Source: Heterodontus francisci (Eukaryota). Taken from it: a DNA stretch of 64,000 nucleotides. The stretch covers positions 58,033,247-58,097,246 of the forward strand of contig NC_090392.1 in assembly GCF_036365525.1 (NCBI RefSeq). The letters are read 5' to 3'. The notes below the pieces were generated by a model, which saw nothing but the letters and a program-made list of their open reading frames with translations, searched no databases and was not told where the DNA came from. The translations under genes and the position numbers were made by a program. Shown here piece after piece: positions 48,208 to 60,249 of this stretch. Within the stretch, counting starts at the first letter, position 1; each line of letters begins with the position of its first letter.

Positions 48208-51200
48208 CAACCCCAATGCCCCACACGTAACGAAGTGGCCAACGCATCTCAGCTCTGCGACACCGGGAGCAAAGACACGTCTGGCGCACCTGAGCTCCGG
48301 GAGACCGGGAGCTGTGATGTTTTCGAGGAGGAACAGATGGAAGCAGCTGAGGACAACCCAATCCTCTCTGCCTACAAGACCCCCCCGATGTCACCCGAGC
48401 GGCACAAACCCTGCATGAAAAATCAGGAGGGGTTTCTGAGCCCAACCAACGTGAAACTGCTTGCGCATACGATGGGTATGCAGGAACATCCCGAAGGGGA
48501 AGGACTGGGACTAGCGAGGACAAATGGTATGGGAAGCAACAACTAATTTTTAGTAAAAAATGGGTGTAAGAATTGCTTCCATTAATGTGCATAGCATTAA
48601 ATCTACTACGCGATGTGTTTCAACCTTGGATTACCTTGCCAAGGTCAAAGCTGACCTACTGTTTCTGCAGGAGTGTGGAATACCACACCTCAGCACCTAC
48701 AGGCAGTGGTCGCGATGGTGGTCCCACGGGCCATCGATCTGGTCGGGGGGTAATGACTGCCGTTCCTCCGGCCTGGGTATTCTGCTGCGGGGAGGTAACT
48801 TCACCATCTCCGAAGTTAAGGAGGTGGTGGGCGGCCGCCTCCTCGTAGCAGACGTGATGTACAACAACGCTCCGCTCCGGTTGATCAACGTGTACGCCCC
48901 GGTACAACACAGCGAGCGGCTGACCGTCTTCCAGCAGCTCCCACTGCTGCTGGCGACGTCCAGGCCGGTCATCCTAGGCGGTGACTTCAACTGCATCATC
49001 GATGCGGCTGGACGATCCGGCAGTGACGACAGCAAACTGGACGCTACGTCCAGATTCCTAGTAGAAACAGTTAAGGATGCCAAACTGCACGACGTCTTCA
49101 GCAAACCTGCAGATGGAGCGCAGCGCAGATACACATGGTCAAGATCGGACGGGTCTGCCCGTTCCAGGATTGACTTCCTGTTTGTGTCCCGTGCTGTCAC
49201 GGTCGGATCCACCGACGTCAAGCCGGTGTTCTTCTCCGACCACTGCCTCTTACTGGCCGACTGTCACTTACAGGACGACCAGCGGGTTGGCAGAGGGACG
49301 TGGAAGCTCAATACGACACTGCTGACCCCAGAGAACGTTGAGGAACTCAAAAGGGATTACAAAGGCTGGAGGACCGTGAAACCCCTCTTTGAGTCTCCAG
49401 TTCACTGGTGGGAAGCGATAAAGGAGAACACCAAGAGGTTCTTCATCCACAAAGGTGTTCAGAAGGCGAGAGAGAGACAGAGGGAACTGTCCCGACTCCA
49501 GAAAATTATGCAAAATCTACTCCGGTTGCAGTCAATGGGGGTCGAGGTCAAGGAGGACCTCCAAGAGGTGAAGAGCCAGCAGGCCTCGCTCTTTGCCAAG
49601 GAGGCCTCCAAGATCATCTTCCGGTCCAGAGTCCGCTCCATCGAGCAGGATGAGACGTGCTCGCGTTACTTCTTCCAAAAGGTACACAGAGAGAGCTCTG
49701 TTATCAGCAGCCTGAAGGAAGAAGATGGCTCGGTAACGTCTTCGCAGTCCGACATACTAAGGATCAGCAAATCCTTTTATGCTGGGCTGTATGACGCGAA
49801 GCCCACAGACAGCAGAGCCTCCCAGTCCTTCCTGTCATCTATCACAGAGGTCCTAGATGACGGCAGGAGGGAGAGACTGGACAAGCCGCTAATTCTGGAC
49901 GAGCTGACAAAGGCCGTCGAGTCTTTCGAGACGAGTAAAACCCCCGGGAACGACGGCTTACCGGTCGAGTTGTACTCGGCCCTGTGGGACTGGGTCGGCC
50001 CGGACCTGCTGGAAGTATACAAGAGTATGCTCCTGGCCGGCAGCATGTCAGAGACCATGAGAAAAGGCATCATCACCCTCATTTACAAGCAGAAGGGGGA
50101 GAGGGCAGAAATCAGAAATTGGCGGCCCATCTCACTGCTTAATGTTGATTACAAGATTCTGTCCAAAGTCATAGCCAGTCGAGTCAAGTCTGCTCTGGAG
50201 TTGGTGATTCACCCCGATCAGACCTGTACTGTACCCGGCAGGAAGATCTCTGATAGTCTCGCGCTACTCAGGGATACGATCGCCTACGTACGGGACAGGA
50301 GGGTGGACCCCTGCCTCATCAGCCTGGACCAGGAGAAGGCTTTTGACAGGATATCGCACACCTACATGATGGACGTGCTTTCCAAAATGGGGTTTGGGGA
50401 GGGAATCTGCAATTGGATCCAACTGCTCTACACAAACATCAGTAGCGCAGTGTCAATCAACGGGTGGGAATCTGAAAGTTTCCCGATCAAATCTGGAGTC
50501 AGACAGGGCTGTCCTCTGTCCCCGGTCTTGTTTGTTTGCTGTATTGAACCCTTTGCTGAGTCTATTAGGAAGGATGCGAGCATAAGAGGGGTGACAATCC
50601 CAGGCAGCGGAGGCACTCAGGTCAAAACCTCCCTGTACATGGATGACGTCGCCGTCTTCTGCTCGGATCCGCTGTCCGTGCGCAGACTGATGAGCATCTG
50701 CGACCAGTTCGAACTGGCCTCGGGAGCCAAAGTTAACCACGGCAAGAGCGAGGCCATGTTCTTTGGGAACTGGGCTGACCGATCCTTTGTCCCCTTCACC
50801 GTCAGGTCAGATTACCTGAAGGTGCTGGGGATATGGTTCGGAAGTGCCGGGGCGTGCACCAAAACATGGGAGGAGCGAGTAGCCAAGGTACGACAAAAGT
50901 TGGGCATGTGGGGGCAGCGATCTCTCTCCATTGTGGGTAAGAACCTGGTCATCAGGTGCGAGGCGCTCACGTTGTTGCTCTACGTGGCGCAGGTCTGGCC
51001 CATACCCCACTCCTGCGCCGTGGCAGTCACCCGAGCCATTTTCCGCTTCGTCTGGGGATCTAAAATGGACCGGGTCCGGAGGGACACGATGTTCAAATCT
51101 CTGGACATGGGCGGGAAAAATGTACCCAACGTGGCCCTCATCCTGATGACCACCTTCGTGTGCGGCTGCATCAAGCTATGTGTAGATCCCCAGTACGCAA

Positions 51201-52236
51201 ACTCCAAGTGTCACTAAGTGCTGAGGTTCTATCTGTCCCCGGTGTTGCGAAGGATGGGCCTGGTCACATTGCCGCGGAACGCACCATGCAGTTGGGCGGC
51301 GCCGTACCACCTATCCTTCGTGGAGCAGTTTCTGCGGAAAAACACCTTTGACCACCGGTCCATCAGGCAGTGGTCTGCACGGAATGTCCTCAAGGCCCTA
51401 CGGGAAAAGGAAACGGTGGATCCTGTCGGATGGTTCCCCGAGCAGACCGTCAAAGTCATTTGGCGGAATGCCTCATCACCAGAACTTTCAAACAAGCACC
51501 AAGACGTAGCTTGGCTGGTGGTGAGAAGGGCCCTCCCCGTCAGATCCTTCATGCACACCCGAAGTCTCGCCCCCTCCGCACAGTGCCCCCGCGTTGGCTG
51601 TGGTGGGGAAGAGACGGTCGCCCACCTCCTCCTGGAATGTGCCTTTGCAAAGCAGGTGTGGAAAGAGATGCAGTGGTTTTTGTCAAGGTTCATCCCAAGC
51701 AGCTCTGTAACACAGGAGTCTGTGCTCTACGGGCTGTTCCCAGGGACGCACACCGAGACAAACATCAACTGCTGCTGGAGGGCTATCAATTCGGTGAAAG
51801 ACGCCCTTTGGTCTGCCCGAAACTTGCTGGTCTTCCAGCGCAAAGAGTTGTCCACCGCCGAATGTTGCAGACTGGCACATTCCAAGGTCCAGGACTACGT
51901 GCTGAGGGACGCACTAAAGCTTGGGGCAGCCGCAGCAAAGGCTCAATGGGGAAAGACCACAGTGTAAGGTTCCCCCACCAAGCTGGACTGAGGGGCTGGA
52001 TCCATGGGAAACCCCTCGAACTGTATCGTTAATATTCTGAATTGCTGTAAATGTAAAACTGTAATTGACATGACAATTGTGAAACGGAAGGGTTGGGAAG
52101 AAACTCATGACAGTATTGAAGGAAACTGATCTCCCTTGCAATGTTTGTATTTTTTGGTGCTGTTTGGAAACTGTTTGGCAATGTAATTTTTACAGATTTT
52201 TATGAATAAAGTATATTTTGGAAATTAAAAAAAAAA
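48208..52236 (+). mobile_element. Tx1/L1-group LINE, 5'-truncated in ORF1, with poly(A) tail, inserted in a Deu-type SINE
   Basis: ORF1 tail ending at 48546, ORF2 48560-51967, AATAAA at 52205 and an A-tail. GTACTC at 48202-48207 and 52237-52242. The SINE continues on both sides (48150-52580). Confidence 0.9.
48560..51967 (+). pseudogene. LINE ORF2 (APE endonuclease + RT + zf-RVT) broken by one TAA at 51215-51217
   Basis: SINV, FLQE, NVYAP, GGDFN, RIDF, SDH; NWRPISLLNVDYKI, LDQEKAFD, GVRQGCPLSP, YMDD; CPRVGC...ETVAHLLLEC. ORFs 48560-51217 and 51218-51967 abut in frame. Confidence 0.9.
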
Positions 52237-53454
52237 GTACTCACTGTTGTAGCAAACATGGCAGCTAATTAGTACACAGCAACGTCTTATAAATAGCAAT
52301 GCGATAATTACCAGATCAAATGTTGGATGAGGGACAAACATTGCCAAGATTTCCCCTTGTAAATAGTGGCATTAAATCTTTTATGTCGACCAGAAAGGGC
52401 AGATGGAGCTTTGGTTTAATGTCCCATCTGAAAGATGACATTTCCAACAGTGCAGCACTTTCTCAGTACTCTACTAGAGTGTCAGCCTAAATTTTGTGTT
52501 TAAGTCCCTAATGCATGACTGAAACCCACAACCTTCTGACTCAGAGGTGAGAGTGCTACCAACTAAGGTACAACTGACATAATGATGATCATGATTGCTT
52601 CAATTGTTTCTCTTCTCCAATTCCCAGTTAGATGGAACAGATGGTGGACACCACATTTACCCTATCAGTGATTACTTCTATACCTGTTGCACTGATTGTT
52701 TTCTGATATTGTGAAGTTCCCTTCAATTTCCTTTGAAGCTTTGAGTAAACTTACACGTTTCTCTTTGGGCAATGAAAAAGACATAACTCTCATCAAACAG
52801 CCTTTCATTGCACAATGAGTAAAGTTGCAGTCATTATTACCCATTTCCCATATGAGATGCTGCATATTTTAATTAATCTGTATAAGACTATAATGTATAA
52901 TTGTTTCTGTCATTTTCTTCAAAATATGTAAAGGATTTATTGAGAATGTTCCAAGGTAGGGCTAGACAATCTGACTTCAGAATTACCATAGTGTAAGTTA
53001 CGGTTCATTGCTTGCCAGTTAAAAAATAAAGGTCCTGAATTCCCTTGGACTCTGTTGCTGCACTGCCACACTTCCAGTGGAAGATATGAGTGGAGCAGGA
53101 GAAGCCCCAAGGAAACATGCCTCCCCAAGGAATTTGCCAGCTTGGAAATAACAACCGCATGACTCTCTTCTACCTCACATCCTCTATTATTTCCTTCTTA
53201 GCTTTGTTGCTACACCTGACCATTTGTTGCCTGTCTCAGTTCTTCCTTGTCCCACTGAGCACTGAGTTGAGTAAAAGATTGGGAAGACCAAGAGCAGTGC
53301 AAGTAGGACCCTGCATTTCCTTAGTGCATGTCAATCCCCAATCATTTACATTCGGACCAGCAGGAGGTACATGCTTGTATGTGTCAGGTGAGGGCTGTAA
53401 TTCCCACAATGAGTCGAGTAGCCTGCCATTTACTCTCTAGGCTCACACATGAAG

Positions 53455-53792
53455 ATTCTTCTTCTTCTTTGGCCTCCTTGTCTCGAGAGACAATGGGTAA
53501 GCGCCTAGAGGTGGTCAGTAGTTTGTGAAGCAGTACCTGAAGTGGCTATAAAGGCCAATTCTAGAGTGACAGACTCTTCCACAGGCGCTGCAGATAAAAT
53601 TGGTTGTCGGGGCTGTTACACAGTTGGCTTTCTCCTTGCGTTTCTGTCTTTTTTCCTGCCAACAGCTAAGTCTCTTCGACTCGCCACTCTTTAGCCACGC
53701 CTTTATGGCTGTCCGCCAGCTCTGGCGATCACTGGCAACTGATTCCCACGACTTGTGGTCAATGTCACAGGACTTCATGTCGCGTTTGTCAC
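53455..53792 (-). mobile_element. RTE 3' fragment with (AAG)n tail and a 58-bp target-site duplication
   Basis: ORF 53515-53778 matches the C-terminus of the RTE at 10807. Flanking direct repeat at 53397-53454 and 53793-53850. Confidence 0.9.
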
Positions 53793-54412
53793 GTAAATCC
53801 CATAATGAGTCGAGTAGCCTGCCATTTACTCTCTAGGCTCACACATGAAGGTTGACCTCTTGGATTCAGCAGCAGAAGACAACCATGAACCTGACATTGG
53901 GTATCAGTCAGGATAGGAGAGGACGAAATCGTAAGAAGAAAAGTTTTTAAAAGGGAATAGCAGCATGGTCTGTCAAACACAATCTGGTCACTAGGTAGAG
54001 GTGTAACAAAGCTAGCAGATGTTATATTTAAGAATGCAGTCCTGAAAGGTTGGACTGTGACAAATGATTGGACGAAATCATAGGTTGAATAACAGGTATG
54101 TAACTGCCATTATAAATGAAAGTACGCTGTGGAAGACTAAAGCCAAAGCTTGTAATAATAGTACTTTAGCATCTAAAATGTGGAAATGGGTAGGTTGAAA
54201 CAGGTACCTTCTGAATAGTATCCTGCTTTAATTTGTTTTAGTGATTCTATTTTTCCAATGTTATGCCATGCTGGATAGGAGTGCAGGTTGGAGATATCAA
54301 TTTAAAATTATCACTCAAATTCTCCTATCCTAAGCTCCTGTTTTGCAAGGCTGAGTGCTGTGAACACAAATTGTTATATTTTTATTCCAAATCATATATG
54401 ACCAATGCTGTG

Positions 54413-54565
54413 ATAAAAGCAAATTACTGCAGATGCTGGAAATCTGAAACAAAACAAAAAGTGCTAGAAATACTCTGCAGGTCTGGCAGCATCTGTGGAC
54501 AGAGAAGCAAAGTTAACCTTTCAGGTCTGTGACCTTTCATCAGAACTGGCAAAGGTTAGAAAAGA
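54413..54565 (-). mobile_element. PLE terminal fragment with hammerhead motif (54511-54548)
   Basis: Perfect 15-bp TSD ATGACCAATGCTGTG at 54398-54412 and 54566-54580. Reverse complement CAGTTCTGATGAAAGGTCACAGACCTGAAAGGTTAACT. Confidence 0.8.
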
Positions 54566-54712
54566 ATGACCAATGCTGTGTTGTGCACATATTTATTAAA
54601 GTCCCCCAAAATTTCCTTTTAGCACATTGTTATATGTCTCTGTATCATTTTTGGTCACCTGGTATAGTAGAGAAAGACCCTTACTATTTAACAATCTTTA
54701 AAATTGTATAAA

Positions 54713-55505
54713 AATGAAAAAACAGAATAATTTTTAAAAGGTGAGAGACTAGAAAATGTTGGTATGGAGAGGGATTTGGGTGTTCTTGTACCAGAATCAC
54801 AGAACGCCAACATGCAGGTACAGCAAGCAGTTAGGAAGATAAATGGCATGTCAGCCTTTATTGCAAAGGGTTTGGACTATAAGAGCAAGACAACTGTGTT
54901 GCAATTATATACAGCTTTTGTGAGAGCACACCTGGACTACTGTTTACAGTTTTGGTCTCCTTAAATAAGGAAAGATACATTTGCCTTTGAAGAGGAGCAA
55001 TGAAGATTCACTAGAATGATTCCTGGGAAGTGAGTCCTATGTGGAGAGATTGAATAGAATGGGTCTATAATTCTCTGGATTTTAGAAGAATGAGAGGTGA
55101 TCTCATTGAAACATATAAGATTCTTAGCGGGCTTGACAGGGAAAATACTGAATGCTTTTTCCCTAGCTGAAGAGTCTAGAACTGAACTGAACTGAACTAG
55201 AACTGAAGAGTCATAGTCTCAGGTTAAGAGATCAGCCATTTAGGACTGAGATGCAAAGAAATTTCTTCACCCAGAGGGTTATGAATCTTTGGAATTGTTT
55301 ACCCCCAGAAGCTCATTTGGACACGGACAGTCAAGACTGAGATTGATAGATATTTGAGCACTAAGAGAATCAAGGGATATGGGGATAGAGAAGGAAAGTG
55401 GAGTTTATGTAGAAGGTGAGCCAGGATCTTACTGAATGGCAAAGCAGGCTTGAAAGGTTATATGTCCTACTCCTGCTCCTGCTCCTGCTCCTATTTCTTA
55501 TATTC
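54713..55505 (+). mobile_element. CR1 3' fragment
   Basis: ERDLGVLV...LYTAFVRAHLDYCLQFWSP; tail CCTACTCCTGCTCC...TTTCTTAT. Confidence 0.8.
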
Positions 55506-56199
55506 TTATGAGTAATACAGCATTGATGGAGGCCATTCAGTCCATCTTGATTGCACTGCCTCTTTGAAAGAGCTATCCAATTTATCCTACTCTCCTGCTT
55601 TTTCCCCATTGCCATGCAATATTTTACCCTTCAAATATTGATCCAATTCATCTTCAAAAGTTATTCATCGCTCATTTTTAGTTATTTAAAAATTAATAAA
55701 CAATTACACTTCTGAATATCTGTTTAAAGCATTACTTCCAAAGATACCATCTGGAAAATGACTGGAAAGAGTAACTGAGAGTGACAGCGTTGAATTGATA
55801 AGATCATCAACAGACTTGTGTTATTGATTCCATCTACTGATACTAATTCACACCATCAGGCTTACTAAGTCTACCAGACTGCTTTTTTCAATCATAGCAG
55901 TACTTAACAAAACAAGAAATAAATAAACATGTTTAAAGGTAATCAAGATTATATTTTGTTGCCTTCTAAAAACGAAACATAGGCCCTGAATTTTCTCAGG
56001 CTCGGCTGTCATGAGTTCGGCACACACTCCATATATGCATGGAAATAAGGTTTCCACTGCTTTTTTGGCAGTGCTGTGCAGAAAAACTGAGGAAATTCAG
56101 AGCCTCAGTGTTGGTGAAATCAAAAGCTTATCTCACTGTAAATGCTAGATTCTGCCGGTGACTTACTTTCTCTCTTATTTTCAAGCTGGTTAAAATGTA

Positions 56200-56650
56200 A
56201 ATAAAAACTTATAAAATTTACATATAAGCATCTCATCACAGCTCTCAGAAATATCTCAAAATGCTTCACATGGAATTGATTGCTTTGGAAGTGCAATGAC
56301 TACTGTTATGTAGCACACATTTTACGGAGAGCAAGGTCCCTTAAAGGCAATAAGATGAATGTTCAGCTAATTTGTATTTTAATGGTGTCAGTTGAGGGAG
56401 GAATGTTGGCTAGGCACTGAGACAACTCAAACTCCCTGTCCTTCTTTAAATAGTGCTATGGGATTTTTAACATTTGCAGTACCTTAATTTAACTTTCCAT
56501 CTATAATATGACATCTCTCACACCAGCAGAGCTTGCTTTAAGAACTGCACTGAACTGTCAGCCGCGATCTACTGAAGCACTTGCTGTGTAGCTTGAACCC
56601 ACAAACGTCTGATCGTTGGCAGTAGTTGTACCAACTGAGCTAAGCTGACA
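56200..56650 (-). mobile_element. Old Deu-domain-type SINE remnant
   Basis: AATAGTGCTATGGGATTTTT, CTTGAACCCACAA and CCAACTGAGCTAAGCTGACA are shared with other copies. Confidence 0.5.
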
Positions 56651-56869
56651 TGAATACTGCATAGTAGAGTGCTGTGGTAATGTAGTCAGCAGTAATATGT
56701 GTTACTGAAATGTTCATATTGGTTCCTTGAAGTATTGGACTACTTAAAATTGTTTTGGGGCCTGAGATGGTATTTTCAGAATTATAGTTTGAACAGGACC
56801 CCTTAAGATCTAAAGCATGCAGTTATATTGATGACTTATGTCAATGATAACTCATCTGCAGAAAGATTA

Positions 56870-57775
56870 TGTGACGACCAGATGAGAAAGAGGTCTAGGG
56901 TTCCCTCTCAGCCTTCACCTGGTCTTACCGTAACAGGGTTTAATTTTCAAAATATAGTGTTTCTAGCTCTCCCTTAGTGAATCCTTGTTCACTAACTTAC
57001 AATTATAAGGCAAAGAAACTAGCCAAACAGGTTTTCTTAGGTTTAAAGAAAAAAGGTTGAACTTTATTAAACTTAAACCCTAATTCAGTTAATGCCTACG
57101 GATACACGAAGCACCCACGCTAGCATGCATACGCGTTACACACATGCAGATAGAGACATAAAAAGAAATAAAATGGAAAAGTTTGAGCCAATATCTGAAG
57201 ATGGTTTTCGTTACTGTTCTTCGAGCTCACTGTAAAGTCTTTGATTGTAGGTAGGTCTTTCTTTTCAGTGGGGGGCCAGTATTCTTCTTAAATCTTATTC
57301 GATGTGGGAGACATTTCCCTCTTGAAGTTCATGTGTCCTCAGTGGGTCCAGAGGCTTGTGAGAAAGAGATGGGAGCAGACAGGAGAGGTCTTCTCACTCC
57401 AGGAGCAAACAGTCTTTTTCAGTTCAAATTCTTTGTACAATTCAGAAAAGCCCAGGTTGCCCAGCAGGTTAGTCATGTGACTAGCTGGTCTGACCACGTC
57501 TGTTTGTGGATTCTCTGGTCTTAGCCGACCCTGGAATGTCTCTTCTTACATACAATACCTGGTGCTCAAAGTCCATTGTGTGTTAAATTGGAGCAGGGAA
57601 TACTCCCTTTGTCCCTCCAAGCACTGTCTGTTAGTATGCAAAATGTTTTTCCAGCCAAGTGCCTGGTGATTTTTTTTTAACAAGTCCTTTCTTCACTCCA
57701 GTAGCAGTTTAAAATCAATGTTCATATGACAAAATTAATATGCCTCATTCTTGGTAGGTGGGGGCCTGCATGACA
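56870..57775 (-). mobile_element. Solo LTR of the same Gypsy/Gmr1-like family as 2260-3137
   Basis: Reverse complement begins TGTCATGCAGGCCCCCACCTACCAAGAATGAGGCATATTAATTT and ends CTGGTCGTCACA. Confidence 0.85.
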
Positions 57776-58123
57776 ATACTTAGATGAAATTATGCATGCC
57801 CATTGCTTCACGACTAACAACTATTATAGTATGATGTTAGCGCCAGTCTCACATTTTTATTAATCGATACATCATATTTTTAAGTAAATTTGTTTTTGAA
57901 GGTGGCTGTGCTCAAACCATCACACTTATCTTTGATCAGTTATGATGGAAGAGCTGAAGATTACTTCCGTAGGAATTGATGTTTGTGAGAAATACAGTCA
58001 CTTTAAACGCTTTGAAATCTTTCTCTGATGACCACCTGAGGAATTGCCCAGAGATTTTTATTATACAGCTAAGCATCTAAAACAAACTTAGTTTTAGTCA
58101 TTACGTTTATTGTTGGAAACAAT

Positions 58124-58888
58124 GGGCGGGATTTTACGAGCCCGCTGGCAGCAGGTGAAAAAAATGGTGGCTCGGCGCCATTGAGCTGCTGTGATCTATA
58201 GCTCATTTAAATACCTGGGTAAGCCTGCCCCCCCCCAATCACGTGGAGGGGCAAACTGTCCGCCACTGGCAATGGTGTCAGCTGCCCTTTATTCAAGGGT
58301 AACCAGCCCTGAGGTGAAATTAAATTTTTACGGTCATATCCCACCCCAGTGTTGCAATACAAATTCTATCTCCCCTTTCCTACCCCCCCCAATACCAATA
58401 ACATTAAGTATTTGCCCTCCCCCCCACCCCACAAAACACTTGCCTTTGAAATATGACCTTCCCCCCCCAATACTGTACAAAGTTTAAAGTTCACCCCTTC
58501 CCACCATTTCCGACACTCATGATGATTATTTGACTCTGTCCCCCTTACCCCACACTAAAAATTGTAACTCCCCCAACCCCCCTCCCACCAGTGTCATGCC
58601 TGCTTTCCCCAGACGGGGAAGTGAAGGCATGGGAGTGCCTGTTGCTACTCTGAAGATCATGGTGGGCCCCTAAGACCCCAGTTAAGTGCATGTTAATGTA
58701 TTTATTTACGTATCTAGATGCCGGTCCCATCGCCCAGAAATGGAGGTGGCTGCCACGGAGCCTCGGCGCCATCAGGAGGATCGTGCCCGGTTCCTGGCGT
58801 CGGGCTCCATAGCGGGCCTCTGCCGGAATGATCTTCCGGCTTCCCCCACCACAGAGTCCGACGTCGGGAGATCAGTAAAATCCAGCCA
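58124..58888. mobile_element. PIF/Harbinger-like MITE
   Basis: TIRs GGGCGGGATTTTAC / GTAAAATCCAGCC, flanks AAT/AAC. Confidence 0.65.
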
Positions 58889-59296
58889 AACGTTTTCCAA
58901 ACACGCATCCAGTTTCATTAAAGGGTATCACAACTGACGCCAGATTGTGGCTTCTCCTGAACCTCCAGATCAGTGTATAGCTGGAGCAATCTAACACCTA
59001 AATTGTTTAAATGCTATATTTCCAGTTGAAGGGAATTTTATTTCATGCTTTGGCTTTCTATAGTAAGTGGAATCTTTTAAGAAATGGATGGATACGATGG
59101 AGGACTGTAGACTGGACTGTGATGAGCCAAATAGTCTATCTAATGAAGCATACCCTCTCTTGTGAGAACAAAAGGTCACCATTGCAGATTCCTGTAGAAT
59201 GGGCCCTCCTAGCATCACAACTGAGAAGGCTCATACGGAAGTTAGGGGTTATCAGAAAACATCAGATTCTAAAGTATTTGTTATTTCTTTCTGCAG

Positions 59297-59324
59297 ATCC
59301 AGCTAATGTATCCATGGAACTAAG
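59297..59324 (+). CDS. Probable cytoplasmic micro-exon of the IgSF receptor, (D)PANVSMEL(R)
   Basis: Strong acceptor TTGTTATTTCTTTCTGCAG and donor AAG|GTAAGA 28 nt apart. Open in the phase-1 frame left by the TM exon, in non-repetitive context. Confidence 0.5.
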
Positions 59325-60249
59325 GTAAGAACCATTATTAAATTTGGTCATTAACCTTTTTTTGCAGCCATTTTCATGCTTTCACATGACAAATTATGTT
59401 GAAGTGCATTTTAACTAGTATGTATAATATATGTTTAATTGGATACATTTATTTCAAATTCCGTAAAGCCATGTAGATACCAGCTCAGTTGAAAGTATAT
59501 TATATAACTTCCAGTGCCTAACGTCTGACTGCCAGCCCTCATGATTCTTCCATTCAGCTCATGCCACCAGATGGATTAATCACATAGTGGCATAGAATTT
59601 CCTGAAATGGCGTAAACAAAGAATTATGCAGATCTTTGTGTCGACAAATTACACCAAATTTTCTTGGGAAACTCATTAGCATAGCCTGGAACATGTAAAC
59701 AATTGGAAATCAGTGTAAACAACAGAAGCCTGAGGGAAGCACCACACTCAGACCATATTCCTTCTGCAAGTCTTTCTTTATGCATGAAAATTAATTTTGA
59801 AGGCATCACACCATCATTTATGCACATCAGGCACAGAACATACAAGAAAATGTAATCATGGAAGATCTTCAATTAAAATGTGCCCATCTAGTAATCCATT
59901 CTTAAATAAAAACAGTCACTAGTTTGCCACGTATGTGATAATGAGATTAATGTTTTCAGTCAATTACTATATTGTCATTCTATTGTAGTCCCTTTCAGTT
60001 AAATATATTTAAACATACAGTTCCCCTTTTCACTCCCTCCCCCAACCAACCCCCCCACCCCCCCCCCCACCCACTCCGGCTGTGATTCTGCTTCCTTTCA
60101 AACTTCGATTTGGGCTCTTGATAAAAATAGGTTGAAAACCCAAATCTTTTAGCTCATTATTTTGGAAGGGGGTTTAATTTAGTGATAAATGGGCAAGATT
60201 TTAACTCACTGAAAGCCCATCCACTTGCATAGAGTTATAATTGGGCCCT

